Shown here piece after piece: positions 14,579 to 27,500 of a DNA stretch of 64,000 bases (the stretch's first letter is position 1; every line of letters begins with the position of its first letter). Where the stretch lies: positions 1 to 64,000 of the forward strand of contig JYFJ02001517.1 of the NCBI GenBank assembly GCA_000934665.2, read 5' to 3'. Source of the DNA: Catajapyx aquilonaris. Taxonomy: Eukaryota. The notes beneath the pieces were generated by a model, which ran no database searches, was not told where the DNA came from, and worked only from the letters and a program-made list of their open reading frames with translations. The position numbers were made by a program, and so were the translations under genes.

Positions 14579-15505
14579 CTGGAGAAAAATGAACAGATTA
14601 GTAACATAGGAATATGACATCTCCTAAATATGCCATCACAGTAAACTTGATAATTCAAGCTCTGTGCACTAAGTTTTATGGACACACACACACAGAAAAA
14701 CATGTTCCTCACAGTTACCCTAAAGTGGTTCAACATTCAATTTCAATGGCAATTGAGAGTTAACACCAGTTCTTTGACATGCACAATGATCATGAAAGTT
14801 AACTAAATCTGACGATTATGCACTACTGGTTATACAACACGAAGATTTTTTCAAATGGAGCATTACAATGAACATTACATTTCCATGCAAGCCTCAATCT
14901 CATGACTTCAGTTTGAAGTCCCTCATTACCATTACCATGTGCATATACAGTGAAACCAACCAAGAGCAAAAACTTAGCTAATGATCAACAAATTTTTTGG
15001 TCCCAACAGGAAAATTAGTTTCCCATGTAGTTTTGTACAGTACAATATAGCTGAACCTGCATATTGTGGAAATTGACAGAATTTGTATGTCTCTTCATAA
15101 AGAAAACCCTGCACCTATAAGAATTTATGCTGCATTAAAGGCAATTTCAAAACTCCTGCCATGTGAGGGGGACATGGTGATCACATGGTGCTGAAAATAT
15201 TTGCAGAATGGAGTGAACCTACGAGTGATCCTCGTTCTATGTGCAGCCATGTGGAAATTGGGGGCATAAATGTTTCCTAACTATCCGGCATAATTTGTTT
15301 AAGAAATTCTAGTGGTACCTATTATCATAATCTTTTGAAGTAAATCTGTTGTGTCAACCAAATGTAATCAAATTTCTTACAGGACTAATTGGATTTACAG
15401 TGGATAACAATCTTCAACTACACTTAAATTTGTTCTACACCAAAATAAGAACTTTCAAAAATCAGTCCTTGCGTTTTAATCGCTCACCTGTATCAGCAAC
15501 AAGCA

Positions 15506-18500
15506 TCAAGCAAAATACATGACCTTCTTGGTGTCAGCATGGACTGTAATTGCCCTGGCCATGGCTCCAGGGGTCCTGTCCTCACTGCAGCCAGACTGGT
15601 GGGATCCTTCTCCACTACAGTTTGAAAGTAAAAAAGAATAGTGAGGGAAATGTTGGTGATCAATTTCAAGGGTATCAAAAATTATGGTTTGTGAAAAAAA
15701 TGGACAAATTATAAAAACTGTGGGGTACAGGGTTACGTTAGCATGCCAAACAACACGAGCCTGCAATTATGGTCAGTTTTTAAGGCTAATAAACCTAAGC
15801 ACAAGCAGGTGGTCCCCAGTCACACACACAAGTCACGCTCACAGAATGGTGATTATGTATCAGAAAGGTATGTCAAAAAATAACAATAAACAATAATAAT
15901 GCTGTAATCGTTCAGTGGCGGCATAAACAATATTACAACTACATAAGCTTGACTCTGCAGCAGCAATGATTGCAATGAGGATGCAAAGATGGGAAAGACT
16001 GTCAAATGGCAATGAGAGGGATACTACACAACAACAAACCCACAAGCCAACAAAAAACAAAACAAAAAACAGACAAGGGGCAAGTGATAGAATTAAAATA
16101 AACCAGTGAAACTAAGTTCATTAACGAGTGGAACAGAAACGAAACAAAATGTGTGATAAGTGATAATTAAAAAGGAGTGGAATGTATAAACTGGAGAAAA
16201 CAGGGACAATTCCTTCCCATCACTTGGTCAAGAGATGAGGCACACACACAAAAAATATAAATAAATAAACAAGGAAATAATAGAGAGGGTGTGTCAAAGT
16301 ACCCATTCTGACTCCTCATTGCTGGAGTCAAGCTCATGTATTCCCCACTGGTGCTTGTGTGGGAACCATACCCCTTGAAGCCCATTCCTGGAAGTTCGGC
16401 CATATCTCTGGAAGAGGGCAGAGAGGGACACAACATTCTTCTCTCATACCACTTAAAAAACCCTTTCACCTAAACTGGGGACATTCACCTCTCTCACCAC
16501 ACATTCTCTCACTAGAATGCCAATTTTACAAATGAAATTTCATTTTGCCTTGCCCCCTTACCCCCCAACTCCTCTGTGATCACACATTTTGGGAGACTTC
16601 TTTCTCTTTCAATAAGATGCTAAACATAAACAGGATCTGGAAACAAGTTTCTAACCTGTCGTGCTCTTTCTCAACCAGGTGGTACCTGGCCCTGAAGGCG
16701 ACCAAGTGGGCATAGTATGCTGGGGCTGGTATGGAGACGGATCGTGTACAACGAACGTAAGTGTGACACAGTTGGTATGTCAAACATTGCAGTTCGTCCG
16801 AATCAAAGTGGTTGTCATCCCAAAGAACGTGATAATGGCTGGGACGACTTGTGCCCTGTGAGAAAGACAACAAATAAACATTGTAATAAAGTAGCATAGC
16901 ATCTCATGGGAAACTATTGCCACTGAAAAACAATCCCCCTTGCCAAAAATTCACAGCCATTGCATTGCAAAGAGCATTTAATGTTTTGTTTCAGGTTTTC
17001 TAGCCAAGTTTTGTCAAGAAAATAGGGTTCAGGAACAATAAAACCTTCAAGACTTCAGCTTTATGACATGATAAAAGCATGTTACCTGTATTCCTTGGTG
17101 ACTGCAGAGGTAGAAGTCAAATTCTGTTGGGTGTGTGATGCCAACATCCACCGTGGTCCCTGCTGGTATGTTGCCTGACTTCCCTGACTGCTCTTTTTTG
17201 TCTGCACAAAACAACCTGCAATTATTCAGATCAGAAATATATTAATATCTCATCAGTATCACACATTCACACATCTGCAATTTGGCACTAACAAGCCATC
17301 AATTAACTGAACTGGAAAAATGCATGATATGGCCAAGCTTTGCTTATAATTTAGCCAAATAATCAATAACCAGCTTAATCATACTGTGTAGCCACATGGG
17401 AGCTCCCAGTCTGCAAATCTCTCCCATCTGATACTAAATCATGAGTATGTGGTAAGTCTTGTGTATGTATAAGTCAAGTCTGGTTTGGATTTGCTACGGA
17501 CTTATCTGAAAATATTTTGTGCTGCCATGTTCCGTCAAGAATAAGCAGACCAATATTGATGTTGCTTCCTCATTGTGTCCAGACATTGGTTATCACTAAT
17601 AATTATTATTATATGCTATGATATGCAGCAGAGGGCCAGAGGGTCAAGATCAAAAGCAAATTCTAGATTAACAAAGGTCATTAAGAATCCTATAATATTT
17701 TGCTGCACTTTTTGGGGAATGTCCATTTGCTTCCCCAGTTATCAGTATGAACAATGCTGCATATTGTGCTTGCACTAGATATGTGCACAAAGAAACATGA
17801 TTAATTATAATTCCATTATGAAGGAGGAACAATACCTAGTGTGATGTCTTTTCTGCACTACTATGAAGGTAATCCCAGGCCTATAGTCAGCCTCCAACTT
17901 TATGCAGGCCTCGCGAATGGCAGTGAGCTCATGCTGCAGAACATGTAAGAACTGCCCTTCAGATACACCATCTCGGTAGAGAATGATCCGATGGGGCTTG
18001 TATCCGCCAGTGCTCTTGTAGAACATGATCAGCAGCTCCCGAACCATAGAGCTCAGCTCTTGAATGATCTCCTGGCGGTGCTGCTGTACTCGTACTGTGG
18101 CTGCATACCTCGATGGATGCGCATCCATGGATCCTACCACTGCTGCTATTGATGGCTTTTTGTTATCACCTGCAGGTGGATGGGTCACATCCGCCCCAAG
18201 GAAGATCACTGGCTCGTTGAACACCTGTAAAATAGTTGTGACAGTACCTCTGAAGATAATTTTTCAGGATATCATGCAAACTTTCAAGCATTACATATAG
18301 CATAGAAATAGTGCCTGCAGGGAATCCTCTAGTAATTATGTTAGGAAAAGAGACTAACAAGTAACTCTGACAATACTACTTTTGGCAGTACTGGTACTGG
18401 ATGGATTTTTTGGGAAATTTTCGTTTATTATACCATGCCCTCAGAAATCGATTGCAAAGAATTTTCTCCTTACCTTTGGCCTAATGCTGGGAACCAAAAT

Positions 18501-21500
18501 GCTGTTAATACCACCAAGCTTAACATTGATTTTGAGGCAGAGGTTGGACAGGGTCTGCGGAGAGGTCTTGTTGACATTCTTTGCCTGAACACACTGGGTG
18601 GCCATCCCAAGGACTGTGTCCCCAACACGTTTTACCTCAGCTGAAATCCCAAGTCAACAAGTTAGAAGAGCCTCTGAATGTAATGAAATAAAATCCTTCA
18701 ACTCTACAATGCACTAACTGCACAACAATATACAACACTGCTAATATTAATTAATACCATAATCACTAAGTGTATAGGGTGGATGATTAGTGGCATGATT
18801 CTTCAAGCCTCTCTAGCATGATTACAACAAGGAAAAAGTGTCAATAGATGGGTGAATCAGAATATGCAACTAGAGTCTGGCCTCACAAAACGCTGGTCAT
18901 CTCAAAAAATGAAACAGTGAAGATTCACTTTACAATTGTGGATTACTTGGCTCTGTCAACAGATGACTTTGACACCAACCCACACAAGGACCCAAAAAGT
19001 AACATATGGCCATTGTGATACAGTGAGGAAGGAAAAAATAGCGAAAGTTTGGAAATGGCCTAAAATGAGTATGTTAGAAGAATTTTCACGTTTCGTGGAA
19101 GTGGTCAAAGTCCAGTAACCATAATATAATTATGTCAAATGAAAGAGAAAGCCAAGGGGAGAATGTGCCTAAGGCATTAGTTTTCCTTAAAAATGCAACG
19201 AGAATAATGGGGGTGGAAATCCATCGGTCACATGCCCATGAATTTGGGCCCCCAAAAATTAGTGGGCAAATCTACGAATATTATCTTGCGAAGTTGCGGG
19301 CCATGCATGAACCAGACTTAAAACTGGACATATTAAACCTGGTGTGGGTCACAACTCCTGTCACCAAAATAATATGGCTGCTCTGACCCAAATATATCAC
19401 TAATCGTTGGGGTCAAAATATTGGGACATGCGATTGAGCATGTGGCCAATGGAATGCCACGCAGATTTTTCTGGTTACATTTGAGAGGAAAACAAATTAT
19501 TCCACAGGCGCATTCTCCTCGTCTTTCTCTTTCATTTGATGCAGATGTTGATTGGGTTATGACAATTTCCCCTAACCTAAAAAATACATATATATAAAAA
19601 GGCCTGATTTTCAGCCCCTCCCAAAATTTCGCGATTTATTTTCTCCCACTGTATTGCGCAATATGGGTGAAACTTGACACTTAGGGTTACATCATAGGTG
19701 TGTGCATCTGTGATTTCTTTCGGCAAAATTCGATATGATCTAGCAACATCGATTAGGAAAGACTGGCTATATTTCGAGGACTATGGTTTTCTGACTACCC
19801 CAAGCTAAAAAAAACAAACACATTCAGACGAAATGAATGGTGATTATGAGTTACGAGTGCCCTAAGGAACATGGAGATGCCATGAATACCCATGGACAAA
19901 AAGTTGACTTTTGTTACATAGTGTAAAGATCATTTAAAGAAAATTCTATTTTCACCGTCCGAAGATAGCTCATTGACTTTAACAGAAAGTGCTCACTGGC
20001 ACCCCCTTCAAGTGGCGCCCATGGCACGTGCCATACTTGCCATACCCTAGTTACGCCTTTGTGTAGGTTGCAGCCTATTGCCCACCAACGCTAAACCAGC
20101 TGCTAAGTTGCTAGCCCCTTGGATAAATTTACTAATTTTTCTGCAGACCAAATTGTGTCACACAGTAATGAGCTAGTCGATTTAGTTTGAATAAATCCCC
20201 AAATGTCAGCTATAACCCTACGTTACTCAAACAATGTTCCTACTGTCATCTCTTGGCTGAAGTATGATGATATCGAAACCCTTCTTTGGCAGGGTTGTTA
20301 GATTTTATTTTTGTTTTTGTTTTTCAAGGAGCATGCCTACGAAAACATCAGGATATACAAATAGTAACTATTTTGAAAGTTCTGCTTCTTCCAGTTTAAC
20401 ACAGCTGGTAGCATTCCTAGTAAATTAGATGATTTACAAACACAATAAAGCTAATGACAATAACTGTGGAAGTACGAGGAGCCGCCTCCTGAATCAGTAC
20501 AGAAATTGCGAAGCCAGCAAACATGACATACCATAAACTGGAGTTTTCCCTGGTAGCACAACCACTACCAGTTGCAGTCCCTGGAAAGTGGACTTGAGGT
20601 ATCGGAACATTGGCTCCACTTGATCTGGTCCTGTTGCATATTTACCTATGTGCGAAGAGGGGACAATCAAAATCTTGTTAGTTGACAGATAATGAGCTGC
20701 TCTTAAAGTAACTGGCTAATGCTTACAAAAACATGGCTGTCCAATTATGGGCATCCCAGCATCATTGCTGATCTTCTGTAACTGCTGGGTAAAATTTCTG
20801 AGGGCATCCTCTCTCACTGTCCGCTGTGGAGCAAAGCAGGCAATTGCCCACACACGGATTTCTACGCCGGTAAAAAACTGCTTCCCACGCATATCCCAAA
20901 CACCTTGATTTGGCAAAGCTTGCTGTTTGGTCTGAAAAAAAAATGGAGACGTGCTAGTTGGTTGGTGAACTATTTCTAATAAGAAAGAGCTTCAGAGATA
21001 TACATGTATCAGTAGGTATAGTAATGCCATAACCTTCCCAAATGAAACCCAATGTAATAACCAATCAAATGCAACATACCCTTCCCCCATACTGCAGCTT
21101 GGGAGGTGGCAACACCCTTCCTCTGACTTCCATCATGTTGTTGCTGATAGCCAATCCAAACTCCTGAACATATGGATCATTGTTGAAGTCAGCCTTGCGC
21201 ACAAGGCTGTTGATCTCGCGCTCCCTGTCTGGTGCTGACCGAGCAGTGGCCTTGATCATTGTGGAAGTCTGCATGTCAGTCAGCTTCTTGATGCAGCGCT
21301 GGCCTGCCACAATATTGCACACCTCAAGTGGCAAGTAGGTGTGCTTGTGCTCCTGTCCCACTTGAAGGCAGGGCAAGTGTGGGAAGCGCAGCTTCATCTT
21401 ATACTTATCTAGGAAGTACTTGGCCACTGTGCATTCCACTGTCTGGCCATTCTCCAGTTGAAGTGGAAACGACTGCATCTGGGCAGGTCGACGGGTCACA

Positions 21501-24500
21501 TTACATACCCTGTACTTGCGCCGCATGGTGCCACAATGTGTTATCTCGATCTTAAGGCCTTTGATCTCCTTTGTGAACTTGACCCGCTGTGAGTCAGTAA
21601 GGGGCTTCCGCTGCTCATTGATGTCACGAATATCCAGCACCTCACACATGAACTCAATCACAGGTTGCGACTTGTAAAATGCAGTGGCAGATACTGTAAG
21701 ACAAGGGAAAATTATGTCAAATTAAATGCGCTACTACGGCTTATATATCACACTTCATTGGGTCAAACTCATTCTATAGGCATATTGTACCGAAATGTGT
21801 AACATTTCGAAGCGTGCATTTTATTAACAATTAAAGATCTGAATTGTGGAATGATCAGATTCCCATTTGGCTCATTTCGAAACAAATATTTGAAGTTAGA
21901 AGATTCCATTATCATTTACTGGATTTTTCCCCTCAAAATATTTTCCATAAGTGGCTGTAATTTAGGTCCGTTAACTTGGAGTGCAAGGGCGAGCTAGAAC
22001 AATGAAACAACTGCAGAAATTTTGCACCCATTTTGCAACATTATGTACCACCAAGAACGAGTTTTGCACCCCTATAGTTTGTGAGTTATTAAGGAAACAA
22101 ATTTGCACTCCAAGTTGTCCAAATGTGACACATAGAGAAAAAGTTATTCAAGAAAATAGGGAGACGGAGTGGCGCTGCGGTAACGTGCGCACCCACGGAT
22201 GTTAAGGTCCCAGGTTCGATCCCAGCCCGGGGACACCCCCTTCATCTCGTGCAGAGTTCAAGGTCACCTCTGGCTTCGTCTCAGGTAGTATTTCCTACAG
22301 ACTAAACCACCCGGGGGCGCTCACTAAAAATGGCCACACGTAAGATGCACTGCACTTGCACATCCCCTCCTGTCATCCTGCCCGTGGGCCCGGGCGCTTC
22401 AATAATAGGATTCCCAGAATTGTACACCATCACAATAAAGGTCTGGCAAAAAACCCCTGTGGAGTTAGCCGAATACCCAATCAATTATTTGTTATTATTA
22501 TTATTATTATTATTCAAGAAAATGTCCAGAAAATTCCGGCGAGTGCTGACCGAGAGCAACAATTCCAGTGACCTCTCACACCGAACAGGTTGAACATATT
22601 GACCTGTAATGTGGCCCAATAACACATATATATGAAACCTACAATTATGCCAAATTTCATCAAAATCGGATGAGGTAAGGTTTCATGAGTGATCGCCTTG
22701 ACATGGATTTACCCCTATATGTACACCTACCATCAATGTTTAGCATCATCTTCCATTGAGAGGGCCTCACTGATTGATGAAAGCCAAACCACACCTCCCT
22801 CCCACCTCCTAATGGATGGTAATATCCATCTGGTGAAGAGAAGAAGCTGCGGCCCACTGGTGTGTACGTCATGGATGGAAGATGACGCATTACCACATCC
22901 AAAGCTTGTATAGCATCAAATGGGATGATCCTAGCTCTCCCCTCAAGTGCCTCCTCCAGTGCAAAAAGTGAAACACGAGCCACCCATTTGATGGCAACTC
23001 TGAACACACGGTCCTTCCCTTCACCTGGTAGGGTCACCTATATACAATCAAATAAATCATTAATAATCAACTAGAAAATATAATTATTGGTCTAATGGTA
23101 TGCATAATTTTGGACAGGATATCTTCACTTAAAAACTGAGTGTACAAGAGTACAACAACACGCTGACTGTTATGCCTAGTTATTAGCATTCGAGCATAAT
23201 GTCATGGCTGTATGTAACTGACAGAAAACATACCTCCAGTTCCATCCTATCGTTTCCAATGGGAATGGGGTCCCGTGTGTACAGGTTGCTCCTCCCATCA
23301 AACACTGGCTTCACATTACTGAAGATCTTGCTGTAAGCATGCACCATGGTTTCGATGATCTCCCTGTAAGACAACAGATAGTGATGTTTATAAGCGTGAA
23401 GGGTTAAGGCCTGTGCAGACTTGAGACACTGGCTACACGCCATTCCTGTACCGCAAGAGGCAACCAATCAGAACCCAGTCTGCTCCACTCTGTGCCGTGC
23501 CACTCAATTTAGAACGAATTAAATTTTTTTGCTTTGCTGAGATGTTCCGCTGGCAAAGGGGCCAATGAAGAGCCTAGAGGTCACGAAGAGGTGGGGCCGA
23601 GTGGGGTTCTGGGCCACTGTGCCTCCTCTGGCAACTGCAGTATTGAAGTATGCATTCACTCAGGGAAGTCGGGAGATTGACAACATGTGGTCAGGTATAG
23701 GGGAAGAAGACATGCCAAACAGATGCTGGGGGGTGTTGGGTTGAAGGTTGGGGGGACTGGGGTTGGAGAAAGGGTGTTGGGAATGAGGGGTGGGGGCTTC
23801 CCACCTTGGCAATGAAACGAAGGGTGTATGAAATTAAATAGAGCGTAGCCAGCGCCTCTAGTCTGCACAGGCCTTTACCCAGTAGGTGTGGCTATCTTTT
23901 AATGGAGCCTTGTTAACAGGGGAAGAGGGGGAGAGGTATGGGATGGCGGGGTTGGGGTGGGTTGGGGGGGAATGGGAGGAGGAAGGGCTGACCCCAGCCA
24001 TACTGCAATGCCGGGGTTAACCCAGGCATGGGGTGGTGTGGGGTATTGCCCCTAGCACCCTGTCCGGCCATGAAATGTGAGTTAGGTCCAAAGACCACTC
24101 AAGTATCGAGCAACAGTCGCTGGATGACCAGACGGGACTTGAAAGTTATTTTTTTTAAATTTGCTCTGAATTCCTTTCACTTAACTCTCTTGCAATGAAA
24201 TGACCCTTAGAATGGATTGTAAGAAGAGATTTTCTATTTAAAAGGACAGAGATACACACTCAATGTCACCTTCAAATTCGGATATGTTGGGAAATATGAT
24301 TGTATCAAATTTACCCCTTTTTGTACCTTATTAATATAGGAGAGCCTAAATATTATACACACCGTAACTTTATTCTTAGATGAGTGAGGCATAACGGTAT
24401 AATTAATTATGCTTCCTTATAACTCCTCTGGGGTCTGTCTGATACCTGTCCACAGACACACACTCACATAGCCATTTTAGACTTTTTTCTCTCGAAAAAG

Positions 24501-27500
24501 TAAAACAGACTGCAGAAATCAGTCTGCTACAACCAAGGTCAGTTACAGCCAAATACACAGGCCATATATGGAAGCACGGCAGGAACAGCCTTGCAAGTAT
24601 GGCGTATTGCTTTCCTGTTGCCCGCCTTGCTCTTCCCGGCGGGGAAGAGCAAGGCGGGCAACAGGAAAGCAATACGCCATACAAGTCTGCTCTAACCAAG
24701 AATCTGTTATAGTCCAGGCTGCGACATCTGGAATTAACTGTGTACGCATTTGGATGTGTTCAATGCTTACTAACAACTAAGTAGCAAAGCTCAGTCCAAT
24801 TGACATTAGAAATGACATTTCAAGGCTGACGAACATGTCTACCACCATACCAAGAATACCTCCTATCACCAAAATTATACCCAGTTTTAAAAGCTACTCA
24901 AAGTACCTGTTCACTTTTCGGGGGCACTTGTCTGGCTGTATACTGATGTCGTAATGGTGCAAGTACCCCCTTGGCATGGTGATCTGGAAGTGGTTCGCCC
25001 GCAGCATGATGGGCCGGCCATCGTGGCCGAGATTTGGTCGGCGCGGGCATGTGAACGCTGCAGGTGTGGGAAACAGGGAATGCATCATGTGACGAAGCAT
25101 TTTTAGAATGTGGTCCAGGCACAGCCAGGCCAGAAAACTAACTTGGAATGTCCAGCTGCTGCGGCGGGATGGCCGGTGGTTGGGGCTGCATGGTGCCCAT
25201 CTGTCCCGGAGGCGCGGCCACCGCCCCCGGGGCCCCAACAGGGGCCTGAGCTCCCGGAGGTCCCGTGGCTGCAAGTTGGAAAGGCCTCAGCTCAGACATC
25301 ATGTTCGACAGGGTGGCAAATGTACATCTCACTTCACTGTCACTGACCAACAACCCATTCACTACACATTGCAAGTCCTCCCTATTACAAGACTTTCCAC
25401 CATATTCATTCAGGTGACTGAACATCACTCTCTATCTCTGTCTTGTCTCTGTTAGATATACTTCATCATTCTCACAAGTTTACAATGGCTTGGCATTGCT
25501 CACACTAAGCCACAGCTTTCCTGCAGGGTCCTATGTGTAAACTGGAAAGTCAGGAAACCAATAGCACTGGCAGCAGGCATAACTTTACTCTTGTGTCTAT
25601 CCATTGCGAGACAAAAATGGCACAAATTAAGCCAAGGCTGTGCCCATGTCTGACAGAGCAAATGTCACATTTTAATTACCGAAGCTATGATCACTTTAAT
25701 TACAAACTACAATTTTGAGCAGGATATACTTATAAAGCAGCTTATAAGCAGCTTATACTATGAGCAGGAGTACTTATAAAATCTGTGGGCACCTCATGGG
25801 CCAGCAAAATTCTTACTTCCAAGTCAGACAATATTTTAGAATCTCCTGAAGCAGGAAATCCAGTCTATAGTCTATAGCTGCTGTAAGGCAGGATAGTCCA
25901 TCATGGCGTAGCAAGCAATTAGTATGGTGGCATCATGACAGTGACAAATAAAAGCCTCATGTCCCACTGGAGCTACTATCATGGCCCAGAGCATCAAGAT
26001 GTTCATCATGATGGGTTCCAATGACTCCACTGGAATTCACTGGTCACAGAGAAACCAGTTATTTTCTTAGACAGCAACAACTCCGTATTTTGCAAATTTT
26101 TTTTTCATTTCTGCCACACGATGTGAGTTACCCATCCCACTGGCATCATACTGTATAGTCATTTCATGCTACATCACACATGATGATCTTTACTATGCAT
26201 AGCACTGTTTGGTATACCATAACATCTCAAAGTGCAATAATACCCATGTCGCACATCATGTTGCGCACTTCAGGCACTGTGGACTTGAAGCAAACAGTAG
26301 CTCTGCTCATGTGCAATCCAAATGAAAACAAAATTGACGCAGTTCCTAGGCCTATCCTTATTGCCACCAACTAAGACACAAGATTCGGGGCACAAATCAT
26401 ACCTGCTGCCGAGCACTAACATTCCAACATTCCAAATTACCCTCCAGGGTACTTTTCAACCCAACTTTTTCCCTTAGAGCTAGTTCAAAACACCCAAAGG
26501 TCCCCTAAAAGATGAGGCTTCAGCATGTCTCCCCCTCCACCCACTTCCCTCTCCAGACTAGAGCTTCACAACATTATCTCCCATCCACCTAGTTTGCCAG
26601 CTGCAGCTGTGCTTTCCTGGTATCAGCATTCAAAGATAAGGGACCCTTGATCAATGCAGAAGTCAGGCAACCCAGCAAACCCTTTCATTTCCCACTGGCT
26701 ATTTTTTACCTGCAGCAAAACAACTTGCACTTGTGAGGCAATATGTATGGAATCTATGACAGTTTTTCACATGAGTAGGATTTTCTTCACACAAACACTT
26801 GATTCTTAAATTTTGTGTTCAACTGTAATTCACCTAATCAGAAGTTTAATTGACTTTGGTTATTATCAGGACTTGCAATTTACACACCTTATCACAACTA
26901 CAAACTTGTACATTGTACAGGTACCAAAATAATCCCTTTCAATTTTGTGTCTACAATTTGGTTATACCAGTCCCAATTCAAATCTACTTCCAATCACATT
27001 GGCAATTTTGAGCATCGCATATCAAGAGAAGATTGTAAACTGTTTCATTCCACACTGCAAGTTAATAAACGAGCTAATGGAAAAGTGTTTATGAATACAG
27101 AGAATCATGATAATGATCAAGAAGCTAAGCACTAAAACTTACCTAACATGAAACTCTACCAAAATACCATGGCAAATTGACTAATATGAGACCAGAGCCT
27201 ATGCACAATCACACCGATGCAGACATGTACCCACTCACTCAACGTCACAATCAAACTCACACACGTCATGGTACAGGAAAAGAACCACAACTGCATGTAA
27301 AAAAAAAAAGTACTCCGGAACCATAATCAAAATCTACTACCTGTGCATCCCAAAGCAAGTCCATCACTCACTCAGGCCAGGCCACCCGAGCTCATTCTCT
27401 TTTCATTTTGCTTACAACTTTAGTTCAGCCCACCCCCATTCCCAAATAAAAGGTCAGACACAGAGCATGCAAAAGAAAGGAATAAAATGCCAATCGTATC

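Noticed and set aside
15860..15960. Second alternative or poison exon in the last Ago1 coding intron (ctgctgcag|AGTCAAGCTTATGTAG)
   Set aside because: The acceptor is plausible, but there is an in-frame stop after 4 codons and no convincing donor, so it is unsupported.
22161..22235. tRNA gene
   Set aside because: It has A and B boxes but no proper cloverleaf, and it continues into a body, tail and TSD, so it is a SINE head.
25269..25428. In-frame upstream extension of Ago1 exon 2 ([11 protein letters not shown]...)
   Set aside because: The frame is open through the acceptor, but there is no promoter or homology evidence and the spliced MYPVGQ start explains the gene.
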